The notes: generated from the sequence alone by a model not told the origin. A stretch of DNA of 64,000 nt from an uncultured Clostridia bacterium (GCA_944372795.1 CALWAF010000001.1:64390-128389); one strand, 5' to 3'. Shown: positions 26,447 to 35,530, counted from the stretch's first letter. Translations and numbers: made by a program.

Positions 26447-26776
26447 TCAGCCCAGATGACCCGCCACCTTCACCGCCGCCTCGAAGACGGGAAGAGAGGT
26501 GATGAGAAGGTTCACGTCGTTCTGCCCCGCACGCTCCGTGAGAGCTGCATCCGGCTCGGTGGACTCGCACAGCACCACCGCCGCGCAGTCGGTGAGGGTC
26601 GCCACCGCGCACACGTTGACGTTGCTCATCACGGTGAACCACGCGCTGTCCGCGGGAGCCTTGCCCATGACGTTGCTCAAGAAGTCGCCGCAATAGCCCG
26701 CGGTCACTTCCCTTTCGCCGTCGGCAAGCACGGCGATCTTCGCATCCAGAATGTCGGCAAGCTGCGAGACCGTCAT
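26447..26776 (-). CDS. DRTGG domain protein
   Basis: Internal ATG 26776 overlaps the upstream stop (ATGA). The 109-aa product has the pattern YCGDFLSNVM ... TVMSNVNVCAVATL, similar to 28510..28848. Confidence 0.7.
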   Translation of the reverse strand: MTVSQLADILDAKIAVLADGEREVTAGYCGDFLSNVMGKAPADSAWFTVMSNVNVCAVATLTDCAAVVLCESTEPDAALTERAGQNDVNLLITSLPVFEAAVKVAGHLG

Positions 26777-28062
26777 TTGTTCCCACCCTTTTCCGCCTGC
26801 TGTCGCACGCACACGCTGTCGCGGGGGATGACACCTCCCACGAGGTCCTCCGCGAACGCCGTGCAGCTGGGAGCGCCGCAAAGTCCGCAGTCCACCATGG
26901 GCAGAGTTTTGAGTATTTCCTCTTTCTCCATGAGTTTGCTCAACGCGGCGAGGCGGTTCTCGTCCAATTTGAACACGTCTTTGAGCCCGGGATTCTGTTC
27001 CCACATGAACCAGTCGAGGGGTTTGCCGAGGGACTCAACGGTGTTGATCTCTTTTTTCAGTTTGCGGGTGAGATAATGCACCCTAGAGCGCGCGACGAAG
27101 GGGTTTTCCACATTCATAACGCCGCCGACGCAGCCGCTCACGCAGGCATTGAGCTCGATGAACTCCATGTCGCCGAGCCCGCCGTCCTCGAGAGCTTCGA
27201 GGATCTTGACACACTGCTCCACTCCGTCCGCGGCTATGGTCTTGATGCCGCCCGTCGCGTTGGCTTCGCCGCGGCTTATGCCCCAGCTGAGCCCGCCCGC
27301 GCTCATGCGGCAGAGAGGCTTCACTTCCTCCAGCTTCTCCATGGCGGGGACGATGCGCATATAGGCGTCGGACACCGAGAGCACGCGATCGACGTAAGGA
27401 CGGTCTACGCCCAGCCCCATTTTCAGTGCGAACACCTTGGCGGGACAGGGAGAGATGAAGTAGACGCCGATGTCTTCCTCGGGCACTCCCTTTGCGACGG
27501 CGCGTTCCCTTGCGAGTTTTGCCGCCACGTCGACGGGAGCAAGGGTCGCGAGCAGATGGTCGCGAAGGTCGTGGTATTTCATCAGGATAAGTTCCAAAAT
27601 CGCGGGACACGCAGTGGAGATGATGGGCGCGGGCATGGACTTTTCCTGCATGATCCTGCGCGTGACGTCGGTGATGTACTCCGCCGCCTCCCCCACTTCG
27701 CCGACGTCGTCGAAGCCTATCGCGAGCAGCCCGTTGAGGACGGTGTCGATGTTCTCGAGGTTGTTGAACTGCCCGTAGAAAGACGGCGCGACGAGCGCGA
27801 TCTTATATTTGAAGTCGTCAAGATTGTCCCAAGAATCGTGGGAGGGCTTTTTCGCGTGATAGCGGCAGAGGCGTATGCACTCCCCGCAGCCGATGCATCT
27901 CTCGTAGGCGACGCTGGCTTTACCGCCGCGGACGCGGATGGCTTCCGTGGGACAGCGTTTCATGCACGTCACGCAGCCCCGGCACTTGTCGGGGTCGAGG
28001 GTGACGGTGTGCAGAGCCTTCTCGTCGAGGACGCACTTTATCTGCGATTTTTTTGCTGCCAT
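26773..28062 (-). CDS. HydS-like putative sensory [FeFe]-hydrogenase homolog (2x4Fe-4S + H-domain-like + C-terminal Cys-rich FeS domain)
   Basis: 429 aa. Ferredoxin motifs CRGCVTCMKRCP and CIGCGECIRLC. H-cluster-like motifs STACPA, SPCPAKVF and ELNACVSGCVGG align with TSCSPAW, MPCTAKKFE and EIMSCPGGCVNGG of hydA. C-terminal CGLCGAPSCTAF. Confidence 0.75.
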   Translation of the reverse strand: MAAKKSQIKCVLDEKALHTVTLDPDKCRGCVTCMKRCPTEAIRVRGGKASVAYERCIGCGECIRLCRYHAKKPSHDSWDNLDDFKYKIALVAPSFYGQFNNLENIDTVLNGLLAIGFDDVGEVGEAAEYITDVTRRIMQEKSMPAPIISTACPAILELILMKYHDLRDHLLATLAPVDVAAKLARERAVAKGVPEEDIGVYFISPCPAKVFALKMGLGVDRPYVDRVLSVSDAYMRIVPAMEKLEEVKPLCRMSAGGLSWGISRGEANATGGIKTIAADGVEQCVKILEALEDGGLGDMEFIELNACVSGCVGGVMNVENPFVARSRVHYLTRKLKKEINTVESLGKPLDWFMWEQNPGLKDVFKLDENRLAALSKLMEKEEILKTLPMVDCGLCGAPSCTAFAEDLVGGVIPRDSVCVRQQAEKGGNK

Positions 28063-28081
28063 CCGAAGTTTCTCTCCCTTC

Positions 28082-28510
28082 TCAACCGAAGAATATCGTC
28101 ATGCGGACGGTGGTGCCCACGCCGACTTCGCTCTCGATGGAGAACTCGTCGGTGTACTTTTTCATGTTGGGCAGCCCCATCCCCGCTCCGAACCCGAGTG
28201 CGCGGATGTTCTCGGGAGCGGTGGACCACCCGGGCGTCATGGCGAGCTCCACGTCGGGGATGCCCTTGCCCTTGTCCGCAAGCACGATCTCTATACGGTC
28301 GAGATATATATCCGCGGTGGCGACTCCGCCGCCCGCGTGTATGACCATGTTGATCTCGCCCTCGTACATGGCGATGGCGACGCGTCTGATGTCCGCAGAG
28401 GGTATGCCCAGCTTTTTCAGCGTGCTCTTCACCTCTTCGGACGCCGTGCCCGCCGAGGCGAAATTGTCGCCGCTTACGGCAAACTCGAGGCGGATGCGGT
28501 CTTCACTCAT
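28082..28510 (-). CDS. anti-sigma-factor-type serine kinase (SpoIIAB-like HATPase_c_2)
   Basis: 142 aa with AMYEGEINMVIHA, DKGKGIPD and GFGAGMGLPNMK (N, G1 and G2 boxes). Confidence 0.75.
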   Translation of the reverse strand: MSEDRIRLEFAVSGDNFASAGTASEEVKSTLKKLGIPSADIRRVAIAMYEGEINMVIHAGGGVATADIYLDRIEIVLADKGKGIPDVELAMTPGWSTAPENIRALGFGAGMGLPNMKKYTDEFSIESEVGVGTTVRMTIFFG

Positions 28511-28848
28511 CAGGCCGCCAACCCTGCCGCGTACAACTTGCCTGCCGCCTCATAAGTGCTCATGTCGGTGACGATGAACACGATGTTATAGTTTTCGGCG
28601 AGCTTGATCATGTCCGCATCCGGGCGCTTGCCGCACACGAACACGATGCACGCGATGTCCACCATCACCGCCGTGCGCACCACCTGCGGATTTACAAGCC
28701 CCGTGATGAGCACGCCCTGATCGCGGACGTAAGCCAACACGTCGCTCATCATATCGAAGGCGCACGCGGAGGCGATGTCGGTGTCTGCCGCGTCGGGCGA
28801 GCAAAGGATGCTGCCCTCCACGACGGAAGCGATGTCTCTGATTTTCAT
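28510..28848 (-). CDS. DRTGG domain protein
   Basis: 112 aa with FDMMSDVLAYV ... LITGLVNPQVVRTA, typical of DRTGG. Abuts the kinase gene. Confidence 0.7.
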   Translation of the reverse strand: MKIRDIASVVEGSILCSPDAADTDIASACAFDMMSDVLAYVRDQGVLITGLVNPQVVRTAVMVDIACIVFVCGKRPDADMIKLAENYNIVFIVTDMSTYEAAGKLYAAGLAA

Positions 28849-28888
28849 AGGTCCACTCCGTGCGCGGCGCGAGCCGCGTTGTACTCTG

Positions 28889-29389
28889 TCAGTCGCGGTA
28901 CTTGGCCAGGATGCCGGGAATGTCCGCGGGGGTGAGCTTGCCGTAGACGTCGTCGCCTATGGTCATGACGGGTGCAAGCCCGCAGCAGCCGATACAGCGC
29001 GTGGAGCACAGCGAGAACTTCCCGTCGGAAGTGGTCGCGCCGTCCGAAAGCCCCAGCTCCGCCGCCAGCTTGTTGAACACGTCGCCAGAGCCTTTTACGT
29101 AGCACGCCGTGCCGAGGCACACCGCGACCGCGTGTTCACCCTTGGGATTGAGAGAAAACTGGCTGTAAAAAGTCGCCACACCGAAGACCTCTTCCAAAGA
29201 CGCGCCCAACTCCTCGGCGACTATCTTCTGGACCTCGATGGGAAGATAACCGTAAATTTCCTGCGCTGTCTGCAGGGCGGGCATCATGCTGCCCGGCATA
29301 TCCTTGATGGTGCGGAGCTCCGCACGCAGTTTAGCCTCTTGCGCGGCGGTGCCTTTGAACGCCACGGTCGTCAATTTGATCTGTGCCAT
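28889..29389 (-). CDS. hydC: NuoE-like [2Fe-2S] subunit of the hydrogenase complex (HydC / HndA-like)
   Basis: 166 aa with the Cys pattern VCLGTACYVKG ... STRCIGCCGLAP, typical of the NuoE family. First gene of the cluster. Confidence 0.9.
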   Translation of the reverse strand: MAQIKLTTVAFKGTAAQEAKLRAELRTIKDMPGSMMPALQTAQEIYGYLPIEVQKIVAEELGASLEEVFGVATFYSQFSLNPKGEHAVAVCLGTACYVKGSGDVFNKLAAELGLSDGATTSDGKFSLCSTRCIGCCGLAPVMTIGDDVYGKLTPADIPGILAKYRD

Positions 29390-29436
29390 ATTTCCTCCGA
29401 AAACAACGTAAGCGACGCTTTCGCGCCAACGGAGTT

Positions 29437-29465
29437 ATTGTAGCATAACCCCGAATAAATTGCAA
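29437..29465 (-). promoter_or_regulatory. sigma-A promoter of the hydrogenase cluster (TTGCAA-17-TACAAT on minus strand)
   Basis: -35 at 29465..29460 and -10 at 29442..29437, about 45 nt upstream of the hydC ATG. Confidence 0.55.
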
Positions 29466-29537
29466 TGACAAAATCTTACGATTAAACGCGCGCGTGCAAG
29501 ACGCGCGCTATGTGCACGCGCGTCATATCTTTTTGGG

Positions 29538-29818
29538 ATGCCGGAGCGGAATAATACGAACCTGCCTCAGAGCAATTCTTTTCGGCGCTTTTGCACAGCC
29601 GAAACTTGCGGGTATGTATACTATTGCCTGCGTTCCGCCAGAGCAAAATCATCCGAAAATCTCTTGCTCTGAGGTGCGAGCAGTTCCGCGCCAGCCGATT
29701 TTTGGCTGAGCAAGGAAGTCGGCGCCGCTAATACCTGCCCGTATTAGCAAGGCGAATGACGCAGTTCAGGCGGAAATCGGCGACGCTGAACCCGGTTCGT
29801 ATTATTCCGCTCCGGCAT
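29538..29818. repeat. 281-bp segment bounded by perfect 25-bp inverted repeats (inverton or MITE candidate)
   Basis: ATGCCGGAGCGGAATAATACGAACC (29538..29562) is the exact reverse complement of 29794..29818. The 231-bp interior has at least five internal hairpins. The right arm contains the last 5 codons and the stop of nadE. Confidence 0.9.
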
Positions 29819-30551
29819 AGCGCAGAGGCATACGGCGTTTGTGCGCCGTCCTCTCCTCCATGCCCGCGATGCGGCGGCGCATACTCTCCGAGAGTTCCCC
29901 TCCCCTGATGTACGCCGTGATGTCGCCGTAGGTCACGCCCAACTCCGTTTCGTCCGTCTGCTCGGGGTAAAGCCCTGCGGACGGCGCCTTTTCGATGATG
30001 CTTGCGGGCGCGTCCAAAAAGCGGAGCATCTCGTAGATCTCGGGAACGGTGAGGTCGGCGATGGGGTCGAAGTCGTATGCCCCGTCCCCCCACTTGGTGA
30101 AGTAGCCCACCGTGTATTCGCAGAGGTTGCCCGTGCCCGCGACGAGATAGCCCTTCGCCTGACCGAGAGCGTAAAGCGTCGTCATGCGAAGACGGGGATT
30201 GATGTTGATGAGGGCGCTTCTAGCCGCACCGTTCTCCTCCCCTTCCGCAAGCCCGTCGCCCAGCGCCGCAACGAGGCTTTCCTTGACGGCGGTAAGATCC
30301 ACCTCCGTCTGCTCTATGCCGAAGTGCCTGCCCGCGGCGAGAGCGTCGTCGCGGTCGGAGCCGTAGTTGGCGGAGGACTGACAGGGCATGATGACGCCCA
30401 GCACGTTCGGAGTCGCCATGCGGCAGAGAGCGCCCACCAGAGTGCAGTCCTTCCCGCCGCTGTTGCCGTAGATGATGCCCCTCGCGCCCGAGCTTTCCAG
30501 CACCTCTTTTATCCACTTCACGCGATTTTCGACATTTGTGCTAATATCCAT
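29802..30551 (-). CDS. nadE: ammonia-dependent NAD+ synthetase
   Basis: PP-loop motif GNSGGKDCTL and a C-terminal region typical of short NadE. ATG 30551 was chosen because GGAGG lies 7 nt upstream. The track start at 30590 is less likely. Confidence 0.85.
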   Translation of the reverse strand: MDISTNVENRVKWIKEVLESSGARGIIYGNSGGKDCTLVGALCRMATPNVLGVIMPCQSSANYGSDRDDALAAGRHFGIEQTEVDLTAVKESLVAALGDGLAEGEENGAARSALININPRLRMTTLYALGQAKGYLVAGTGNLCEYTVGYFTKWGDGAYDFDPIADLTVPEIYEMLRFLDAPASIIEKAPSAGLYPEQTDETELGVTYGDITAYIRGGELSESMRRRIAGMEERTAHKRRMPLRYAGAE

Positions 30552-30709
30552 ATCCATGCCTCCGTTCTGCGGCTGTATTTCACCAAGCAATTATATTCCG
30601 TCCTTTAACGTTTTTCAAGCCAATTTTAAGCAAAATGGGGGTTGTATTTGCAAAAAAGTTGGGGTATAATGGTCTCGATCACAAAAAAAACCTCAAAAAG
30701 GAGTAAATT

Positions 30710-31849
30710 ATGAGAAAAGCATTTATATGCCCCACCAAGTATGTGCAAGGCGAAGACGAGCTGCTCAACCTCGGCTATTTCGTCAAGACTTTCGGCAAGA
30801 AAGCGCTGCTCATCGCCCACAAGGACGACATCGCGCGCGTTCAGGACAAGCTGGACAAGACCGCCGCGCAGTATAAGGTGGAATTCATCCCCGCCAACTT
30901 CAACGGCGAGTGCTCCCGTCAGGAAGTCGCGAGACTGCAAGAGATGGCAAAGGCAAACAAGTGCGCCTGCACCATCGGTCTCGGCGGCGGCAAAGCCATC
31001 GACACCGCAAAATGCGTCGCCAAGGGCGAGGCTCTCATCATCTGCCCCACCATCGCGGCGACCGACGCTCCCACGTCCCACTCCGCGGTGCTCTACACTC
31101 CCGACGGCGCTTTCGACGACTATGCCTACTTCAAGCAGAGCCCCAGCGTGATCCTCATCGACACCAGCGTCATCGCGAAGGCACCCGTCCGCTTCCTTGT
31201 GTCCGGCATGGGCGACGCCCTGTCCACCTACTTCGAAGCAAGAGCGAACGTCCAGTCCTTCTGCGACGTCAACGCGGGTCTGCCCTGCGGCGCCGACAGA
31301 AAGAAGGGCACCCTGCTCGCCAGAGGCACCAACGCGGCATTCGCGCTCGCCACTCTGTGCTATCAGACCCTGCTCTCCGACGGCTATAAGGCGAAACTCG
31401 CCTGCGAGAGCAACGTTGTCACTCCCGCTCTCGAGAACATCATCGAGACCAACATCCTGCTCTCCGGTCTCGGCTTCGAGTCCGGCGGTCTTGCAGCGGC
31501 GCACGCCATCCACGACGGACTCACCGTGCTCGAGGAGACCCACAAGTACTTCCACGGCGAGAAGGTCGCATTCGGCACCATCTGCCAGCTCGTGCTCGAG
31601 AACGCCTCCGATGAGGAGATCAACACCGTCATCGGCTTCTGCCTCGAAGTCGGTCTGCCCGTCTGCCTCGAGGACATCGGCGTGCACGACATCGGCGACA
31701 GGCTGATGGAAGTTGCAGAGAAGGCTTGCATCCCCGATGAGTCCATCCACTTCATGCCCTTCCCCGTGACGGTCGAATCCGTCGCCGCGGCGATCCTCGC
31801 CGCCGACAAGCTCGGCCGCGACGCAAAGGGTTGCTGCTGCTGTGACTGA
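30710..31849 (+). CDS. gldA: glycerol dehydrogenase (iron-containing ADH family)
   Basis: 379 aa. The N-terminus KYVQGEDEL..., GLGGGKAIDTAK and the His-rich metal site (AAAHAIHDG, HGEKVAFG) match GldA. AAGGAG RBS. Confidence 0.9.
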   Translation: MRKAFICPTKYVQGEDELLNLGYFVKTFGKKALLIAHKDDIARVQDKLDKTAAQYKVEFIPANFNGECSRQEVARLQEMAKANKCACTIGLGGGKAIDTAKCVAKGEALIICPTIAATDAPTSHSAVLYTPDGAFDDYAYFKQSPSVILIDTSVIAKAPVRFLVSGMGDALSTYFEARANVQSFCDVNAGLPCGADRKKGTLLARGTNAAFALATLCYQTLLSDGYKAKLACESNVVTPALENIIETNILLSGLGFESGGLAAAHAIHDGLTVLEETHKYFHGEKVAFGTICQLVLENASDEEINTVIGFCLEVGLPVCLEDIGVHDIGDRLMEVAEKACIPDESIHFMPFPVTVESVAAAILAADKLGRDAKGCCCCD

Positions 31850-31926
31850 CGTGAGAATGATTTGACACCAAAAGGCGGAGGCGGACCCACGTCCGCTTCC
31901 GCCCTTTGACTAAAAAGGAGACTGCA

Positions 31927-33747
31927 ATGAAAAAGATCATCAACACTCCCGAAACCGTAGTCTACGATATGTGTCACGGGCTTGCCAAGGCGCATCCCGA
32001 ACTCGAATTCGTGGAAAAGTATAAGATCGTCAAAAAGAAGGAGATCGACGAAAACAAGGTCTCCCTCATCTCCGGCGGCGGCTCCGGGCACGAGCCCGCA
32101 CATGCGGGATTCGTCGGCAAGGGTATGCTGGACTGCGCCGTCTGCGGCGACGTCTTCGCCTCCCCTTCCCAGATCCAAGTGTACAACGCCATCAAGGAGT
32201 GCGCCACCGACAAGGGCGTGCTGCTCATCATCAAGAACTACTCCGGCGACTGCATGAACTTCAACAACGCGGCGGACCTCGCGCGTGAAGAGGACGGCAT
32301 CAAAGTGGACGCCGTCTACGTCAACGACGACATCGCGGTCAAGGACTCCCTCTACACCGTCGGACGCCGCGGCGTCGCGGGCACCGTCTTCGTGCACAAG
32401 ATCGCGGGCGCCGCTGCCGAACAGGGCAAGTCGCTTGACGAAGTGAAGGCTGTCGCGAACAAGGTCATCGAGAACGTGCGTTCCTTCGGCTTCGCTCTCA
32501 CCAGCTGCACTCCCCCCGCAAAAGGCACCCCGATTTTCGACATCGCCGACGACGAGATCGAGTTCGGCGTGGGCATCCACGGCGAGCCCGGCAGGAAGAC
32601 GGAAAAGATCCAAACGGCAGATGAACTTGCAAAACGTATCGTTAAAGACCTGCTTGAGGATGTCGGCGGCAAGAAGGGCGACGATATGGCGCTGCTCATC
32701 AACGGCTTCGGCGCCACCCCGCTCATGGAGCTTTACGTCCTCAACAATTCCGTCACGAACGAGCTCGAGAAGGCGGGCATTTCCGTCTACAAGACGCTGG
32801 TGGGCAACTTCATGACCTCCATCGACATGGCAGGCGCATCCGTCACCGTGCTCAAGCTCGACGACGAGCTCAAGGCCCTTCTCGATGCTCCCGTTTCCAC
32901 CCCCGCTCTCTCTTGGGGAGGCGCGATGGACGCACAGGCGGAGGCAGCGGTGGAAGCTATGCACGCCATCGCGAAAGCCCTCGGCTACACCCCCGCGGAG
33001 CACGCTGCCGCGCCCTCCGCAAAAGCCGCAAAAAAGGATGCCAAAGCCGCAAAAAAGGCTGCCGTCTATGAGGTGAAGGGCAAACCCGTCGTGGGCGAGA
33101 CCATCAACACCGCCGCGTTTGTCAAGATCGTGGACAAGATGGCGGACGTCATCATCGAGAACGAGGTCCCCTTCTGCGACGCGGACAAAATGGGCGACGG
33201 CGACTTCGGCATGAGCATCGCAAAAGGCTTCCGTCAGCTCAAGAAGGAATGGGCAACGAGGGATAAATCCGACATCGGCGCCTTCCTCCGCAGCTGCAGC
33301 GAGATCATCATGGAATACTGCGGCGGAGCAAGCGGTCCCATCTGGGGCAGCGCCTTCCGCTATGCAGGCAAGACAGCGGACGGCAAGGACGAGATCACTC
33401 TTGCCGACCTTGCCGACATCTTCCAAGCCGCGAACAAGGGCGTGTACGAGACGGGCAAAAAGTCCTTCGGCAAGGGCGCCGTCGTCGGCGACAAGACCCT
33501 CGTCGATGCGCTGAAACCCTGCGCCGACGCACTCGAAAAGGCGGCGAAAGACGGCAAGTCCCTCCTCGACGGCGTGAAGCTCGGCGCAGAGGCTGCTGTC
33601 GCGGGCGCGGAAAGCACCAAGACCGTCGTCGCAAAACTCGGCAGAGCGGGCACCGTGGGCGAGAAGTCCATCGGCTATCCCGATGCGGGAGCGTACGGGC
33701 TGGGCGTCATCTTCACGGAGCTTGCGAAATACATCGCCAAGATGTAA
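31927..33747 (+). CDS. ATP-dependent dihydroxyacetone kinase, fused DhaK-DhaL domains
   Basis: Start at ATG 31927 with AAGGAG upstream. DhaK motifs SGGGSGHEPAH and NYSGD. An Ala/Lys-rich linker precedes a DhaL domain (DGDFGMSI, GGASGPIWG). Confidence 0.9.
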   Translation: MKKIINTPETVVYDMCHGLAKAHPELEFVEKYKIVKKKEIDENKVSLISGGGSGHEPAHAGFVGKGMLDCAVCGDVFASPSQIQVYNAIKECATDKGVLLIIKNYSGDCMNFNNAADLAREEDGIKVDAVYVNDDIAVKDSLYTVGRRGVAGTVFVHKIAGAAAEQGKSLDEVKAVANKVIENVRSFGFALTSCTPPAKGTPIFDIADDEIEFGVGIHGEPGRKTEKIQTADELAKRIVKDLLEDVGGKKGDDMALLINGFGATPLMELYVLNNSVTNELEKAGISVYKTLVGNFMTSIDMAGASVTVLKLDDELKALLDAPVSTPALSWGGAMDAQAEAAVEAMHAIAKALGYTPAEHAAAPSAKAAKKDAKAAKKAAVYEVKGKPVVGETINTAAFVKIVDKMADVIIENEVPFCDADKMGDGDFGMSIAKGFRQLKKEWATRDKSDIGAFLRSCSEIIMEYCGGASGPIWGSAFRYAGKTADGKDEITLADLADIFQAANKGVYETGKKSFGKGAVVGDKTLVDALKPCADALEKAAKDGKSLLDGVKLGAEAAVAGAESTKTVVAKLGRAGTVGEKSIGYPDAGAYGLGVIFTELAKYIAKM

Positions 33748-33764
33748 ACCGTGTTTCAAAAAAA

Positions 33765-33796
33765 GTCGGAGGCACCCGCCTCCGACTTTTTCTTTT
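33765..33796 (+). terminator. intrinsic terminator after the DHA kinase gene
   Basis: GTCGGAGGC-ACCC-GCCTCCGAC followed by TTTTTCTTTT. Confidence 0.8.
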
Positions 33797-33936
33797 CCGC
33801 CTTTTCCCGCCTTGCGCGAGCCTCCGAAACGCGCATCCGGGATGACTTGTCCCCCCCTCTCCTCTCCCCTTTTCCGCAAAAAACTTTTACATAGGTTTTT
33901 CCGCGATATTTTCTTGACAAAACGCTCGCAAAACCG

Positions 33937-33965
33937 TTGACAAAAGTGCTCGGAAGCAATATACT
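33937..33965 (+). promoter_or_regulatory. sigma-A promoter of tRNA-Leu (TTGACA-17-TATACT)
   Basis: TTGACA at 33937..33942, a 17-bp spacer, then TATACT at 33960..33965. The tRNA starts 12 nt downstream. Confidence 0.65.
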
Positions 33966-33976
33966 ATTTTCACTGT

Positions 33977-34061
33977 GCGGCCATGGCGGAACTGGCAGAC
34001 GCGTACGTTTGAGGGGCGTATGGTTAACCCCGTCCGAGTTCAAGTCTCGGTGGCCGCACCA
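33977..34061 (+). tRNA. tRNA-Leu (anticodon GAG), CCA encoded
   Basis: Manual cloverleaf. Acceptor GCGGCCA/TGGCCGC, anticodon stem TACGT/GCGTA, loop TTGAGGG. Long variable arm, T-arm CCGAG-TTCAAGT-CTCGG, then ACCA. Confidence 0.9.
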
Positions 34062-34084
34062 ACGTCGTCGCAAGGCGCTATTAG

Positions 34085-34114
34085 CAAACACCCCGCAAAA
34101 TTGCGGGGTGTTTG
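34085..34114. terminator. palindromic hairpin after tRNA-Leu
   Basis: CAAACACCCCGC-AAAATT-GCGGGGTGTTTG. Confidence 0.6.
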
Positions 34115-34336
34115 CATATGAGTCTGCGGCTCCTCTTCGCGTCGCAAAAATGCAAGCCGTTCATTCGCTCCTCGTTTTTCGCTTTGCTCTAAACTATCGC
34201 TCTTTCACTTATTTCCGCTCGCGGCGGAAATAAGTTGGATTTTAAGCAACAAATGTGCTGTGCTCTTTGCTTTGTCAAACACTAAAATTTGCTATCGGGA
34301 ATATCTTTTTGCTTCTCCGTCAGTCCCGACACAACG

Positions 34337-35323
34337 CTACTTGCGATCGCGTATCGATTCCCTTTCCAGCACTATCGGGTCGATCTTCTTAAAAACGGGC
34401 TTATGCTGCGCGCCGTCGCGCAGCCCTTTGATCAGCGCATCCGCTATCATCTTACCCAAAACATCAATGGGATGCCCTATCGCGGTTATGTTGAGAAGAT
34501 CTGCCCACGACGTATCGTCATATTGGATTATGCTTATGTCATCGGGGATCTTGAGTGACAGTTTTTGGACGGCTTTTACGGTGTTGAATCCGATCGTATC
34601 CGATACCGTGATGACAGCCGTCGGCGAGAACGCGAGCAATCTTGTGCATATTTTATCGGTGATGAATTCCTTATCTCCCATTGCAAACAACGAAGCGTCT
34701 TCTACGGTCAAACCGAAATCTTCATGCGCCTTTTTGAATCCGTCTACCCTCGTCTGCCATATGGCATTATCGAATCCTATCAGCATTATCCTACGGTGTC
34801 CGCTGTAAAGCAACCGACGCGCCGCAAGGTATGCTCCGTAATAATCATCCACCACGATACTGTCGAACTCGTCATACTGTTTCGTAAACAATTGCAAAAT
34901 ATAGACTCCTTGGCGGCTGAGCAATCTGGCGGTATCGGGATTGTAATTATTCGGCGAAAACATGATAGCCGACATCGAATTCCCCAAAAAATTATGTATT
35001 TTCGCATCGATGCGTTCATCGTCGCCCAACCCGAAATTTATGAAAAGTCTGAACCGAGTGTCGAGGTTCTTTTCGATCGAACGGATAAGCCGATTGAAAA
35101 AGGGGTTCTGCACGTCATTGACAATAAAACCTATGTTGTGATTCGTCTTGGATTTAAGATTGCTCGCAAAATAGTTGGGCACATAGCCGAGTTGTTCTAC
35201 CGCTTCGTTTATAATCTGCCGCTTCTTGTCACTCACTGCCTTCGGATTGTTGAGAGCGCGCGAAATTGTGGAAACGGATATTTTGGTATAATCGGATATA
35301 TCTTTTATTGTTACGTTTGCCAT
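34337..35323 (-). CDS. LacI-family transcriptional regulator
   Basis: 328 aa. N-terminal HTH VTIKDISDYTKISVSTISRALNN followed by a periplasmic-binding-protein-like sugar-binding core. Confidence 0.9.
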   Translation of the reverse strand: MANVTIKDISDYTKISVSTISRALNNPKAVSDKKRQIINEAVEQLGYVPNYFASNLKSKTNHNIGFIVNDVQNPFFNRLIRSIEKNLDTRFRLFINFGLGDDERIDAKIHNFLGNSMSAIMFSPNNYNPDTARLLSRQGVYILQLFTKQYDEFDSIVVDDYYGAYLAARRLLYSGHRRIMLIGFDNAIWQTRVDGFKKAHEDFGLTVEDASLFAMGDKEFITDKICTRLLAFSPTAVITVSDTIGFNTVKAVQKLSLKIPDDISIIQYDDTSWADLLNITAIGHPIDVLGKMIADALIKGLRDGAQHKPVFKKIDPIVLERESIRDRK

Positions 35324-35530
35324 GCTTTACCTTACCTCATTTTCGATCGCATCGTCTGCCGATATTAAACAAGCCCGATCACCCCTGACGACAACTTAAA
35401 ACAGTGACCGAACTTACGTAACGATCCGAATATCCGATTATGTCATTGGGTGATAATCGTTTTCATTATTATGATAAATGATGCGAATATCAATGTCAAT
35501 TATAGGAGTATAATTTAGGGAAAGTCTTTA

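Noticed and set aside
29390-29540. Rex (TTGTGAA-N6-TTCACAA) operator upstream of the hydrogenase operon
   Set aside because: GC-rich palindromes (GCGTGCA...TGCACGC) are present, but nothing matches the Rex consensus.
31384-33879. 831-aa minus-strand ORF, and the 374-aa ORF at 30626..31750
   Set aside because: They are antisense to the DHA kinase and gldA, both of which carry unmistakable family motifs.
33683-34233. Small ORFs overlapping tRNA-Leu(GAG) and its flanks
   Set aside because: They overlap a clear tRNA cloverleaf, its promoter and its terminator.
34062-34336. att-type direct repeats of the tRNA 3' ends at the island borders
   Set aside because: I compared the 3' ends of tRNA-Leu(GAG) and tRNA-Ala(GGC) with the opposite island border by eye and saw no repeat. 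The island is therefore not called an integrative element.
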